Source: Ranitomeya imitator
Taxonomy: Eukaryota
Length of the DNA stretch: 64,000 nucleotides
Direction of reading: 5' to 3'
NCBI RefSeq assembly: GCF_032444005.1
Contig: NC_091290.1
Coordinates: 39,432,001 to 39,496,000 of the forward strand
Under the pieces are notes generated by a model. That model was not told the origin of the DNA. It ran no database searches and was given only the letters and a program-made list of their open reading frames with translations. Both the position numbers and the translations under genes were made by a program. The first letter of the stretch is position 1; every line of letters starts with the position of its first letter. This document shows positions 52,320 through 64,000 of this stretch, piece by piece.

Positions 52320-55314
52320 ATTCTATGTGTACACATTTATTCTATTGTAAGCTGTCAGTGTGATTTTACTGTACACCGCAATGAATTACCGGCTTTTCTC
52401 TCTAACACCGCTGCGTATTTCTCGCAAGTCACACTGCTGGTCCGTGTGTGATCCGTATTTTTGGGGCTTCCATAGACTTTCATTGACGTTTTATTTGCGC
52501 AATACGGTGACAAACGCAGCATGCTGCGATTTTCTACGGCCGTAGAAAGCCGTATAATACTGATCAGTTTAATACGGCAGGGGCATAGAGAATAATTGTG
52601 CCGTATTTTTTGCGAGTTTTACGGACGTAGTTTCTGCGCTCTTGCGTCCGTAAAACTCGCAATTGTGAAGCCGGCCTAAGACTGTGAAGCGTTACAAAGG
52701 GCAAACTTTGTGGCAGGCATATGCAAATTAGCCTGAGTGTGCACTGGGGGCGTGTCAGTGCACTTAGAAGAAGCAGTCCAAGTGCATTGATACACCCCAA
52801 ATGCACTGTAAATGACTTCTACCCTTTATTTTGGATGACTGGCTCTTCGGATCTGTACAAAAAAAAAAAATTTTACTTTCGGACAAACGCCTATATGACC
52901 ATACCACTAAAGCCAGATATAAAAATGTCAGGTTCCCTTTAAAAAGAATGGTGCCTAGATCAGAAACGTGTGGCCCCTGACTAGTAACCAGTCTCTTCAG
53001 AATAATATAACAATGTATCTCACCGCACATACACACCAAACGCAGTGTGAACAGTAACTTAGGAAACCTTTTTTTTTTCTCCCCCCGATGGTGAATATAA
53101 AACAAATAACTTCTCTTTTTATATACTTTTTTACCTTTTATTTTTCTTTCCAGCGGCCATGTAGTGGATCAGCCACCAGCACAAGCTCTCAGTATCCAGG
53201 CATAGTAGAATCCCACGAGGAGTATCACTTTGTGGAGCGTCTCATACCCCCGACACAAGTGCCCAGACCACCAAAGCATACAGGACCTGCTCCGTCTGGA
53301 TGGATCCCCCCTAAAGGTTTGTAAGCAGCAGTTGCTACAGAAATGAGTGCAGATTAACATTATATCATATTGACTAGGCAGCCATTTCTCTCCTGCAATA
53401 GTTTTTCCTTGTATCAAAGCATCTGCATTTAAAGGGATTGCATGACACTGGTAAAATAATGTCTACGTGTTTTTCTGGAATCTGTGGCACTGCAGTTTTT
53501 TCTTATCAGTACTTTACTCACCCTTCCCAGGTCCACTTCTGCTGCTGGTGTCTATTGTCCGCAGCACTGTCTCTGAGTAGACGGCACTAGCTGATGAGTT
53601 CATTGATTGGCTGCAGTGCTGTCAACATAATGTCAGCGCTGCAGACAATAACAGACACTGGGAGTAGCAGCAGAGACTCGGCGCTGGACCAGGGGAGGAT
53701 GAGTAAAGATGACTTTGCTTTTGTTTTTTAAAACATAATAAGCCAGGGGAGATAGATTTTTCACCTGTCACATGAAATGACAATACACATCCAATGCTGC
53801 AAAGAAGCAGGAGGAAAGATCATGAAACCCGCAAGGACCAGAATAGGAGAGAACTCACACTCTGGCCGTTTAATAGCATCTCAGCAGTTAAGGGAGCCAT
53901 CTGTGTGGTTTTTTTTTTTTTTTACATTTAGATGAACTGTGAAATAGTGCAAAAATAAAATGCCTGCGAAAAGAACAAGCCCTTATTAAACTTTGGAAGA
54001 AAAAAAAAGCCTCTTGGAAGGCATGATAGGGGGAATTGATGCTTAATGGGCAAAACAGGCTGTGACGGTGAGGGGTTAAAGAAGTTGCCCCACTCCAAAA
54101 TTCTACAAATAAGGCGGATAGTTGTTTTTCAAAACTTCACGGACCACCGGATTATCCTGGGGTCCCCGAGCTGCTTCTGTGAAAGTCATTGTCACCCCCG
54201 ATGTGGCGACGGCTCCAGTGCTAACGTCTTCTTTTCTCACTAGACACACTGCCGGATCTTCCTTACGTGGTGAGACGCTCCCGGATGCACAATATCCCAG
54301 TGTACACGGACATTACTCATGGTAATCGGCACATGACCATCATCCGGAAGATTGAAGGCGACCTCTGGGTGAGTGACGCTGTCTAAACTCGTGGCCCGTT
54401 CTTTCCGGTTAGAAATCTTCACTTATTATTGCATTTATTGGGGCCGTCTATGCCGAGTAACTGCCCGAAATGGTGCTAAACCACGATGAGCTCTAGAGAA
54501 CCAGCACCGCCCATTGAAATCATTGGCTCCTGTTTCATTTAGAAGGGTAAGACCCAAGGCAGAATTCACACGTATTTTTTTTTTTTTTGCCATGATTGTG
54601 GCATCTTTAGAGTAGGCACAGAGAGCATAATACTTGGGACTCCATTTTTTGGGTTCTAAAATTTGGAACCTTGTAATAACTCCTAAGATATTTTAATGCT
54701 TCCTTGATGGATGGGTCCACCTGTATTTGTGGACGAAATGCGTCAGGGATAGAAGGGACACTAGTGAGGTCAGGACTACACTGGGGGACTGTCCATGTAC
54801 TCTTGGACTTTGGTTGGATCCTCTGGGACACAAAAAGGGTGAGACCCTGTACCATTTTACTAATGTGCACTGGTTTTATTGAGCATTTGTATTGACTTTT
54901 GGATTTCTAGCACTTGTTGTGGTTAGTGTGTCTTTATATGTTCCCTGGTTTTACAAGAAATATATTAAAAGTTGTTTTTCTCACCCTACTATTATCTATC
55001 CTTGCAGCACTTTTTTTTAAAAAGTTATTTAGTAGTGGACAATTTCTATACGAAGGAGGAAACCTAGAACTTTTGATATCCTCCTAAGTCTTTATCAGTT
55101 CCAGTAGTCGCCATCGTGTATTTATTTGTCCATGAATGTCCATAAATCTTGACTATTTCATCTACAGGCTCTGGAAGCAGAAGTACGGGAATTTCTGACA
55201 AATTTAACGGGAAGGACACCGGCGACTCAAGTTAATGAGATCAACAAGTCAATCCGGATTAAAGGCTATTTTGATAAGGAATTACAGACCTGGCTGGCGG
55301 AGAAGGGCTTCTGA
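44299..55314 (+). CDS. MRPL49: Mitochondrial ribosomal protein L49, 4 exons, 165 aa
   Basis: join(44299-44361,53154-53316,54244-54368,55168-55314) = 498 nt. Motifs [65 protein letters not shown]. Confidence 0.96.
44535..44945. mobile_element. PIF/Harbinger MITE
   Basis: TTA|GGCTACTTTCACACTTGC...GCAAGTGTGAAAGTAGCC|TTA. Confidence 0.9.
45174..45976. mobile_element. Solo LTR 1 (803 bp)
   Basis: TGTTATG...CACAACA termini, flanked by a GGGGCC direct repeat (45168-45173 and 45977-45982). Confidence 0.8.
46649..47415. mobile_element. Solo LTR 2 (767 bp), related to but clearly diverged from LTR 1
   Basis: TGTTATG...CACAACA termini, GGGGCC direct repeat, same orientation as LTR 1. Confidence 0.8.
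49050..49208. mobile_element. Right end of a TA-target (Tc1/mariner-pogo/Tigger-like) non-autonomous transposon
   Basis: Ends GGCTTATACTCGAGTATATATGG|TA with repeated GGCTTATAC subterminal motifs, continuous with the satellite. Confidence 0.65.
50054..52676. mobile_element. Large foldback PIF/Harbinger non-autonomous element (2.6 kb)
   Basis: TAA|GGCCGGCTTCACA...TGTGAAGCCGGCC|TAA, internal inverted arms ~50390-51260 versus ~51340-52210, (TA)n near 52265. Confidence 0.88.
53154..53316 (+). CDS. MRPL49: MRPL49 exon 2 (163 nt)
   Basis: [54 protein letters not shown], donor GTTTGT. Confidence 0.95.
54244..54368 (+). CDS. MRPL49: MRPL49 exon 3 (125 nt)
   Basis: [42 protein letters not shown], donor GTGAGT. 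Confidence 0.97.
54690..54985 (+). mobile_element. Probable Penelope-like pseudo-LTR remnant with hammerhead-like motif
   Basis: TTCCTTGATGGATGG-GTCCAC-loop-GTGGAC-GAAATGCGTC-AGGGA at 54700-54749, ending ATATTAAAAGTTGTTTTTCTC. Confidence 0.5.
55168..55314 (+). CDS. MRPL49: MRPL49 exon 4 (147 nt including TGA)
   Basis: [48 protein letters not shown], possible ATTAAA signal at 55461. Confidence 0.97.
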   Translation, partial: ALEAEVREFLTNLTGRTPATQVNEINKSIRIKGYFDKELQTWLAEKGF

Positions 55315-55708
55315 CACTATTGGAATCGCCGGTCATAATGGAATGAAAAGAGACTTTGATCTCCATTTTTTTTCGCTAGTAAAGACTGTCCAACTCTTAT
55401 TTTGCAAATATTGAGGAAAAAAAAAGTATTGTGATCTGTGGAATACTCATTCATAAACCTATTAAAATATTTTTGGGGGAAATGTTACCTTTGTGTGTAC
55501 TAGGGAGTGGCACTATTATAGTTTTAAGAAAAATTACTACTACAGTGCAGGTAAGAGCTTTTACAGAAATTAAGGATAAAGAACACACGATTTTGTAGGC
55601 TTGGAGGCCACAAGTCCTGATATGTGTCAGTTATTAAACTGTATTGGAAAGTGTAGATCGTGTGCTTTCCTGTGTAGAGGGACAGTGCAAAAAACAAAGT
55701 ATAATCAT

Positions 55709-56003
55709 TAGTGCTGAGCGAATGTGCTTGGATGAGGTGTTATCTGAGCATGCTCGGGTGCTAAGAGTGTCTTCGGTGAGCTCGAATAATATGTTTGGGT
55801 CCTCGCTTGTCTCGTGATTGTTCAACAGCCGTAACACATGCAAGGACAGCCTAACAAACAGGTAATGCCTGCATGGGTTGTCAAACAGCCACGAGACATG
55901 CAGTGGCGGGGATTTGAATGTATTATTCGAGCACACCGAAGATTCTATTAGCACCCGAGCATACTCAGATAACACCTTATTTCAGCACGTTCACTCATCA
56001 CTA
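55709..56003. mobile_element. hAT MITE
   Basis: TAGTGCTGAGCGAA...TTCACTCATCACTA, perfect 8-bp TSD ATAATCAT. Confidence 0.88.
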
Positions 56004-56124
56004 ATAATCATGCAGTATTCTCTGATGTGCCTCTTAATAAATCTGGTGCACTTTACTTCAACACGAATCAACTTAAGACTGGTGTATGAAACATCAATGT
56101 TCTAATGATTCAATATGGAGTTAA

Positions 56125-56959
56125 AGTAGCACTCCAGCACTTTATATTTTTTAAATTGCAGCGCTGGAGTGGTGCTTCTAATTTAAGGTCCCCGACTCTA
56201 CTCTCATGCTTACCTGCTGTGGTCTTCACCTTCTGCCGTTGCTGCAAGTTTGTGACCTGCCGCATCTCTCTCCAGCGCGTGCTGGGCAATTCGAAAGTCA
56301 CAGCTCAATGTAAGTCTATGGGGACCAGAATGAAGATTGCATAGACATGAATTTCCTCAGGTCACTCTTCAACAGCTTGTCACCTATTGGATTGCTTCAG
56401 TTTTTGTTGCAGCGAGGCAGAGGTAACTTTTCAGTGCAAGTCAATGAGAGCCTCGTTTTGGCTCTCAAATTACACCAAGAACTTGTGACCGTTACCTCTG
56501 ACGTCCGGTCAGTGAGTTGTGGCCACAAGATGGCGGCGCGAGACCTGAGCGGCTCTGGGAGGAGCTGAAGATGGCGGCTGGTGAGAGAATTAAGGTCAGG
56601 GAAATAAATAGTAGTTGATCAAATAAAAAAAAAAAAGCGCTGGAGTGGTGCTTCTAATCGTAAGTTGCCTGCCCCCGGACTTATATTTACTGTCACCTAC
56701 CTCCGCTCTTCCGGTAGGTCTCAAGCTGGTCACTTTTCAATGTAAGTCTATAGGAGCCGCGTTCTCGGTCATAGACTTACATTGAGAATTTGTGACTGTT
56801 ACTTCTGACTTCCGCTCATGCAGAAGTCGCAGTCAGAAAATGGTGCTGCGGCGCCAATAAAAGGTGAAGACGACAGCAGGTAAGTTTAAGACTATGCTGA
56901 CTAATTTTATTAGAAGCACTACTCCAGTGATGGAAAAAAAATAATGCTGGAGTGGTGCT
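56125..56959. mobile_element. T2/Kolobok-type MITE
   Basis: TTAA|AGTAGCACTCCAGCA...TGCTGGAGTGGTGCT|TTAG termini with internal repeats of the same motif. Confidence 0.65.
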
Positions 56960-57356
56960 TTAGGATTTTCTGGGATGGGAGAAATGGTGGCTGAAGCATC
57001 AGCAGCTGATTCAGTAGCAGCCGAGAAGATTTTGGGCTTTTAATCAGCCATTGATGATCAATTACTGCAACCGGTCCAAATTATATTGTTGGGTGCGTTT
57101 CTGTGAGGTCGGCTTCATATATCCACATCTCCTAGGCAGTGTATTTCTGCACAGTTCATTGGTCTGATGCAGACCAGCAGCATCATAGAAATATGTGAGG
57201 CCATTAACTCGGGCCAGGAGATGGACCGTAGACTGCAGACATAAGCAGCGAGCCGTGTAGGATGGCAGTCATTCCACTCCCCAGCTAAAATGAGCATATA
57301 ATGCTGAACAGATGCCCCATGGGGCCACCGATCACTGCTGCATTGCACCATAAGAA

Positions 57357-60300
57357 AGTATACACCCACCGACTGGCAGGAAGCTCATCAGTTTTAGCTT
57401 AGTGTCGGTAGGAGGTGGACACAGGGCTGCCTTGTTTCTATCTTTAGGTTTTTGTTGTGTTTTGTTAATGATTTCTATTTTTCAGAGACAGCTTGTGATC
57501 TGGGCAACGGAGTGTAATTGATCACTCAGCTCTCCCCCCTAGAGACCTTGGGCAGTGTGGGAATGCTTCACTACTGTACCCTCTCGTATCTACCAGGCAG
57601 GACCCCATGCCTGCTAACACTTCAAGCGTGTTTAGGGCATCCGCAAACCGAAGATGCGGACTGGTCCTTACCACTACACCCTGCACCGCCCGCCCTCCAG
57701 AGCCAGTCGTGCAGGGTAGGAAGACGGAATCGTTACCCAACGGCCATCGAAGATGTTCAGTGGGCCAGAGGTCTACATGGAAGTCCGTCTTCCAGCGCCA
57801 GTTTTGCAAAGAGGGATGCGGGATCTTCAGGACAGGTATTCCATGTGGCAGTGCAGGGGGGCTCCTTAATTTAAAAAATATAAATATAGATATATCTTTA
57901 ATGGTCCTAGAAAAATAGCTGCCTTCCAGTCCTATTCTCGGCCCCCTTGGGGGTCCGCGGTGCCTACCGCGCCATCCCTCTCCCCCCTTCGGCTTCCAGG
58001 CCCAAAGTTTAGTCCCCGGCACCGGTCTTAGCCTACTACAGGGCTAGGCCGCACCCCTGCAGGCTGCCCGATAATGCGCGTCAACGCTCTGCTTAGCTCC
58101 GCCCACTCCCACTGGCCTATGAGCACGGTCCTCTCCCTGGACCCGGCAACACTGCACCCTCTCCTTCGGTCCCCATCCTCCCCTGCCTCATCAAGTGAGA
58201 AATCTGCGCATGCTACAGGCTCCACCCACAATCCGGCGCAATCTTCATGCCGTCTGCAGCTCTCGGACTCTAACCTACTACCCCTGCGGCTCTGCCTATT
58301 GGTTTGTTCCCAGCCAGGATCCAGGTCTGTAAGCTCTGTCACCCTCATCCCTGGCAGATCTCCCCTGGCACAGTCTCTTCCTCTCCCACTCTCCTCTATT
58401 TCTAACTCTAGGGAGTCTCACTCCCATCCTCCCATCGTAGTACACTTCACATGTTCCTCCTGTAATAATGTTTCCCTCTGGTCAGACCTCATCCCTCTGC
58501 CATAATTGCAAACCATCTGTCTTTCCAGGAGCCCCCCCACTGCTTGCAACGAGAGTGCGCCACCTCCTGAGTGGGTGACATCTCTACCTCAGTCGGTAGC
58601 TGACCTAACCAAGGTATCTCACACTTTGGTCTGTTTGGGAATGGCTTTCTAATCCTGCCCTTGGCAGCGGGTTACAATTACCCCCCCCTTGGATGCGTCA
58701 TGTTAACCCCTCGCATACCCAAAGGGATTCCCTTCGCGGGACATCCAGAAGTTCCAAAAAGCGCGCCCGCATTAGTTCACAGTTTAGCTCCTCATCTCCG
58801 TCACCGTCCTCCAGCTCTCCCTCATCTGACGCTCCACAGGTGCTAAAGTCAGACCCACGTTCTGCACAGGTCTCCAAACTGCGTGATAGAGTGGATAGTT
58901 TAATTGTCGCCGTTAATGAGACTCTTAACATTAAAGATTCAGAGATCTCTCCCTCTGAACAGACAATCTCTTTCAGGAATATGAAGCGCCCTCCCCTTGC
59001 CAAACACAATGAGTTCAACAGGATCTTTGCGGTGGAATGGCAGCACCCAGACAAGCGTTTCCAGACACGAAAACGCATGAGCTGGCAGATCTGGTGGACC
59101 AGATCTGCCATGCAGTGAAATACCTTTTGTCTGCGTCCCTCGATGCAGCCACATAATCACCATCCGCAGGGTCCTTTGGCTGAAAGCCTGGAACGTGGGC
59201 TCTGCTTCAAAGAAGTCCCTCACAGGTCTTCCACTGCTCTTGTGTCTTTGGAGAAGAGCTGGACAAGATAATCTCCAATGCCATGGGAGGAAAGAGTACA
59301 TCTCTACCCCAACAGAGTTAAACGTGCGCCCCGTTGCACAGTTCCTTTTCGCTTGTTTCGGCGATTCCACTACAGAGTAATCCCCAACAGCACAAATCCC
59401 CAGCTTGTTAAAGGAAAAGACCCTCCTTTATGCCAACCCTGACCTGGCGTTTAAATCCTGCTCAACGCCGCACTCAGGTCAGGCACCAACAGATTCTCCT
59501 CAGTATGACAGGTCACCCCCACCTGGGAAGCCTCTCAGGGTGGGCGGTCATCTTTAGTTTCAGGACGAGTGGCTATCTGTAGTCGATGACTCCCGGGTCA
59601 GAGACATCATCTCCTACAGTTACAAGATAGTTTTCTACTCTCCCTCCATTTTGTTTGTTCGAATCCCGTCCACCGAAGAATGCCTCTCTCATTCTGTACA
59701 TATATGCTAGCCACCTTAGGGAGAGACCCAAGTTGGGCTAAATGTAGCGGGACGAAAGAGACCGAAAAGCCCTCTACTTAAAGGAAATACATAATGGATG
59801 CTTTCCTGAAACGGAAAGTACTTGCAAGCAGCATAATACAAAGAATAGCAGGTTTACCCAGAATCCTTTGCAGTAGGCGGAGCTATGCAAATCATCTCTT
59901 TCCACCCCAAAGAGATGATTTGCATAGCTCCGCCTACTGCAAAGGGTTCTGGGTAAACCTGCTATTCTTTTTATTATGCTGCTTGCAAGTACTTTCCGTT
60001 TCAGGAAAGCATCCACTATGTATCTCTCATTCTGGTTTTTTTCAAGGCCATCGACTCCCTCCTCAAGGTCGCCGTCATCGTCTCTGTTACCACACGAGAG
60101 CGCTTCTCAGGATTTTATTCAAACCTGTTTGTGGTCCCAAAGAAGGACGGCTCATCCTGGACTTCAAATTACTAAATAAATATGTGCGTCTGCAACACTT
60201 CAAGATGGAATCTCTTCGAACTGTAATAGCCTCCATGGAGCCAGAGGAATTTTTCTGCTCGGTGGACATTCAAGACGCCTACCTGCACATTCCCATTTTT

Positions 60301-62690
60301 CCCCTGCACCAGAGATTCCTTCATTTCGCCATTCAGGGACTTCACTTCCAATTCACAGCACTGTAATTTGGCAGGAACTTCCATTGAAGCAATCATCTGG
60401 CCTAGTACGCTCATGCTGAAGCGTGGAGAGCGATCTCTGAGGGACCGAACTCCGTGCATAAGTACTAGAGACTTTTCCTTGGATAGGAAAATCTTTGCTT
60501 GGGCGGTGTTGGAGAGCATCCCCAGAAAAATAAGACGTTGGACCCGGGATCAGAGATGATTTTGCGGTGTTTGCTCAGTTCCACACGCGTCCTCTCCAAC
60601 TCTTCCTTCTGACGAGATGGGACAAGTCGATCTGTTCCCTGGATCAGTTTGTCTCAATCCCCCCACGGATAATGCAGTCCCTGAAATGGTGGGAGTGTTC
60701 CCATTCGGTCCATCTCGGGAGGTCTTTCCTTCCCATTCGTTGCAAGATAGCAACAACAGACACCAGTCTTCTCGGCTTGGGAGCAGTGTTCCAAGATTTG
60801 ACGGTCCAGGGTCAGCTCAGCATCCCTTCTGATCAACATTCTGGAACTCTGCGCAATATTTCTCGCCATGCTTCATATTAGCAGGAACTTCTTCACGGAT
60901 GTCGGATTCGAGTCCAGTCCGACAATGCCACGGCGTTGGCGTATGTCAACCATCAAGTGAGAACTTGAAGTCTGTCAGGGATGTCGGAGGTCGCTCGGAT
61001 CCTGTTTTGGGCCGAGCAGAATGTTCCAGCAATTTCCACAATGCACTTCCCAGGAGTTGAAAACTGGGAGGCAGATTTTCTCAGCCGAGAGTCTCGCCGC
61101 AGGCGACTGGTCACTGAATCTGTCAAGTCATTCACAGAATCTGTCTCCTTACGTCAACCTCATGGCGTCCAGACTCAACCACAAGGTTCCTCAGTTTGTG
61201 TCTAGATCTCGAGACCCACTAGCAATCCCCAGGGTAATCAAAAAGATAAAAGCGGAGGGAATACCCATCATAGACCTCCCCCTGGATTGGCCACGAAGAC
61301 CCTGGTACACAGAGATGGTCAACCTTCTAGTGGACACTCCCGTACCTTTTGTCGCATTGGCCCCTCTTCAACAGCATGGCTGTTGAAACCACAGTTTTGA
61401 AGTTGGCTGGGTTCTCTGATCAGGTCATCCAGACCATGATTAAAGCAAGGAAGCTTTCATCCTCTTGCATCTCCCACTGTACATGGAAAGCATTTTTCCG
61501 CTGGTGTGAGACTCATCGGATTGCTCCAATGGTTTTTCACCTCCCATCCATTTTGTCTTTTCTGCAGTCGGGTCTGGAGTCCGGACTGTCCCTTAGTTCT
61601 ATTAATGGACAAGTTTTGGCTCTGTTCAGTGGGATCCCTGGGATCTTAATTTGGTACTCGATGTCTTACAGGAGTCTCCGTTTGAACCACTGCGTGAGGT
61701 TCCTTACACATTCCTTTCCTGGAAGGTCATCTTCCTGGTTGCGATTATTTCAATTTGATGGGTTTCAGAGCTAGCAGTGCTCTCCTTACCTGGTTTTTCA
61801 CCAGGACAAGGTGGTCCTATATCCGGTTCCATCCTTTCTTCCCAAGGTGGTTTCCAGTTTTCATCTAAATGAGGACATTGTACTTCAATCCTTTTGTCCG
61901 TCTCCCTCACCCCCGGGAGCGGTCACTAAACAAACTGGACCTGGTGAGAGCTCTATGTGTTTATCTGTCCAGGACTGAGCCTTTTTGACGCTCAGATTCT
62001 CTGTTCATCATCCCAGAAGGTCCACAGAAGGGTCTCCCTGCATCCAGGTCTACAATTGCTCAATGGATCCGTTCCACCGTTCTGGAAGCTTACTGTCTAA
62101 GAAGTAGAGCATGCCCATTGAGGATGACGGCACATCAGGCGTCGGCCTCGCAGCTCTGCAAAGCTGCTACATGGGCTTCCATTCATACATTTACCAAGTT
62201 CTACAGGGTTCACACCCATGCTTCATCGGATGCAAACCTTGGTAGAAAGGTCCTGCAAGCTGCAGTGGCCTGAGCTTTGACTTGAGGATATACTTCTTCC
62301 CACCCTTGGGACTGCTTTGAGACGTCCCATGGTTTCCTGTGTTCCCCAATGAAGAGAAAGTAAGATTTTGGGCACTCACCGTAAAGTCTTTTTCTCAGAG
62401 CCTTCATTGGGGGACACAGTACCCGCCCTTGTTTACTGTTCTATCAGGTTCTATTGTTATATGTTACATTCGTGTTGTTATGTTCTCTACTTCTCCTACT
62501 GCTTTCTCACTAACTGATTAGCTTTCTCCCAGTTGGTGGGTATATACTGCAGAGGAGGAGCTAACCCTTTTTTTTTGCATAGTGTCAACCTCCTAGTGGC
62601 AGCAGCATACACCCATGTTTTCATGTGTCCCCAATGAAGGCTCCGAGAAAAAGATTTTACAGAACCCAAAATCTTACTATTCAACTTCCA
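57357..62690 (+). mobile_element. DIRS1-type tyrosine-recombinase retrotransposon, near full length, decayed
   Basis: ITR pair 57357-57392 / 62512-62548. Gag-like fragments 58400-59400, RT (SVDIQDAYLHIPI, HFQFTAL), RNaseH (TTDTSLLGLGAV, SDNATALAYVNHQ), MTase-like (ADFLSR, LDWPRRPWY), YR (WKAFFRWC, FLPKVVSSFHLNEDI, CKAATWASIHTFTKFY). Many stops and frameshifts. Confidence 0.92.
59787..60023. repeat. Near-perfect inverted repeat, ~115-bp arms, 7-nt loop
   Basis: Arms 59787-59901 and 59909-60023, loop CCACCCC, three mismatches seen. Confidence 0.95.
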
Positions 62691-64000
62691 GTGACGTACA
62701 TGCCCACATTGATGGATTAGGAGGTTAGATCCTACTTACATATTCCCCTTTACCTATTGAGATGCAGCAGCAATAAAGTGAGTTGTATGCAATTGTGTGA
62801 ACTTCAGCTGCGATTCAGCTGTACAAAAAGTGCAGCGTAGCCCAGGCCTAAGCTCTCATTCAGATGTCTACTTATTGCAGTGTACGAGTGATATCCGTGC
62901 TTTTGATGGATAGAACAGGTACCTAGTATAGGTTATGGGGCTGGTGACATGTCAGGACGTCTTTTGCAGACAAAGCGGTCAGTGTAAAGTTGTGGACACA
63001 TGTCGTATTGATCTAAGTGTCCATCAAAGTCGGCAATTCAAATCTTAAAAAAAAAAAAAAAAAAAACAAGGCTAGCACTGGGATGCCATCTGAGTGATGT
63101 CTGTTTTTCACGGACTGATAAAGGGTGGAGAAACTTTGTTTTTTTGTTTCTCATCTGAGAACTGATGAAACTAAAATCAAACTGAACAAAATCGCCGATT
63201 AAACGAGGAACAATTTTCTCGTACCTGTAAAACAATGTCTGAATGAGTCCTGAATGTGTTTTGTTTGGAAGTCGCCATGTGCGCCATCCGTTAATGTAAC
63301 ACTGTGTCCTACGCAGGTGGAGGCCAGTACTCTTTGGCTTGGGACAACAATGCGTATTTCTCTCTCAATCTAATAGTTACAGATGAACAAATCTATAGAA
63401 AAACAGATACATTTCCTATAACAATGCTGTATGTCAGGCATAGCCGTGGTCAAATACGGGTTTAGTATTCAACCTCCACTACAACACCCATGGTCCTGAA
63501 AAAGAAAATCTCCAACATTTATCAAGATGAGAATTTCTGTGACTGGTTTACGGTAATTCCCAGCATGTATTATGCATCTTTCTTTCACAGGACCACCCCT
63601 CTTAAAATACCAATTTTCAAACCTGACTTTAGAGGGTAATCTTGGGCATAAAAATGTATTTTTATGTGTCAAGACATTCATGGCATATGTAAAAAAAAAA
63701 AAACAAAAAAAAACTTTTAGGTTTATTTCCCTAGGTGACACTTACTTTATTTACAGAAAAATAAATCACATACAATAAGTGGCATCATATTTTCTAGGCT
63801 GTCTCCTTTTTTTCTGAATAGGTAAAACAAAACTTTTTGAAGAAAACTGAATGAATAAGGCCTGGTTCACACACTAAAGCTGTATACTGATTTGCATGTC
63901 TTTGTGGGATCCATTCCTGCTGTTCCCTAGAAAAACAAAAAAATAACTGCTGCAAACCACGCTGTATGAACCCGGCCTGATGATGAGCTTTAGGGGAGTG

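Noticed and set aside
53317-53326. Stronger-looking donor GTAAGC at 53321
   Set aside because: It would shift the frame relative to MRPL49 exon 3. The GTTTGT donor at 53317 preserves the protein.
56520-56590. Two AAGATGGCGGC YY1-like motifs suggesting another promoter or first exon
   Set aside because: They lie inside a T2-type MITE and have no downstream coding exons that I could link.
59657-59667. GTTCGAATCCC tRNA B-box-like motif
   Set aside because: No cloverleaf or A-box; it lies within DIRS sequence.
63317-63560. Possible exon(s) after CTACGCAG
   Set aside because: Translations show no recognisable homology and no consistent donor or frame.

Overview
Vertebrate genomic DNA, by its repeat content most likely a frog (inference). 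It carries the conserved block TM7SF2(+) - ZNHIT2(-) - FAU(-) - MRPL49(+). All coding exons were reconstructed by hand with splice sites and frame continuity: TM7SF2 10 coding exons/420 aa, ZNHIT2 single exon/464 aa, FAU 4 coding exons/133 aa with a GC-AG last intron, MRPL49 4 exons/165 aa. FAU and MRPL49 share a ~160-bp bidirectional promoter. An orphan TLR-type LRR+LRRCT coding segment lies upstream of TM7SF2. The rest is dominated by transposons: a lightly damaged CR1, L2 remnants, two Tc1 elements (one apparently intact, DD34E), a non-autonomous Helitron, a decayed DIRS1, many Harbinger, hAT and T2/Kolobok MITEs, Penelope remnants with degenerate hammerhead motifs, and at least seven mini/satellite arrays. 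The most unusual structure is a 60-bp satellite in MRPL49 intron 1 carrying two diverged solo LTRs at the same GGGGCC site of the unit. There is a 169-N assembly gap at 30468-30636. No database searches were run; family names come from motif recognition and recalled homologue sequences.
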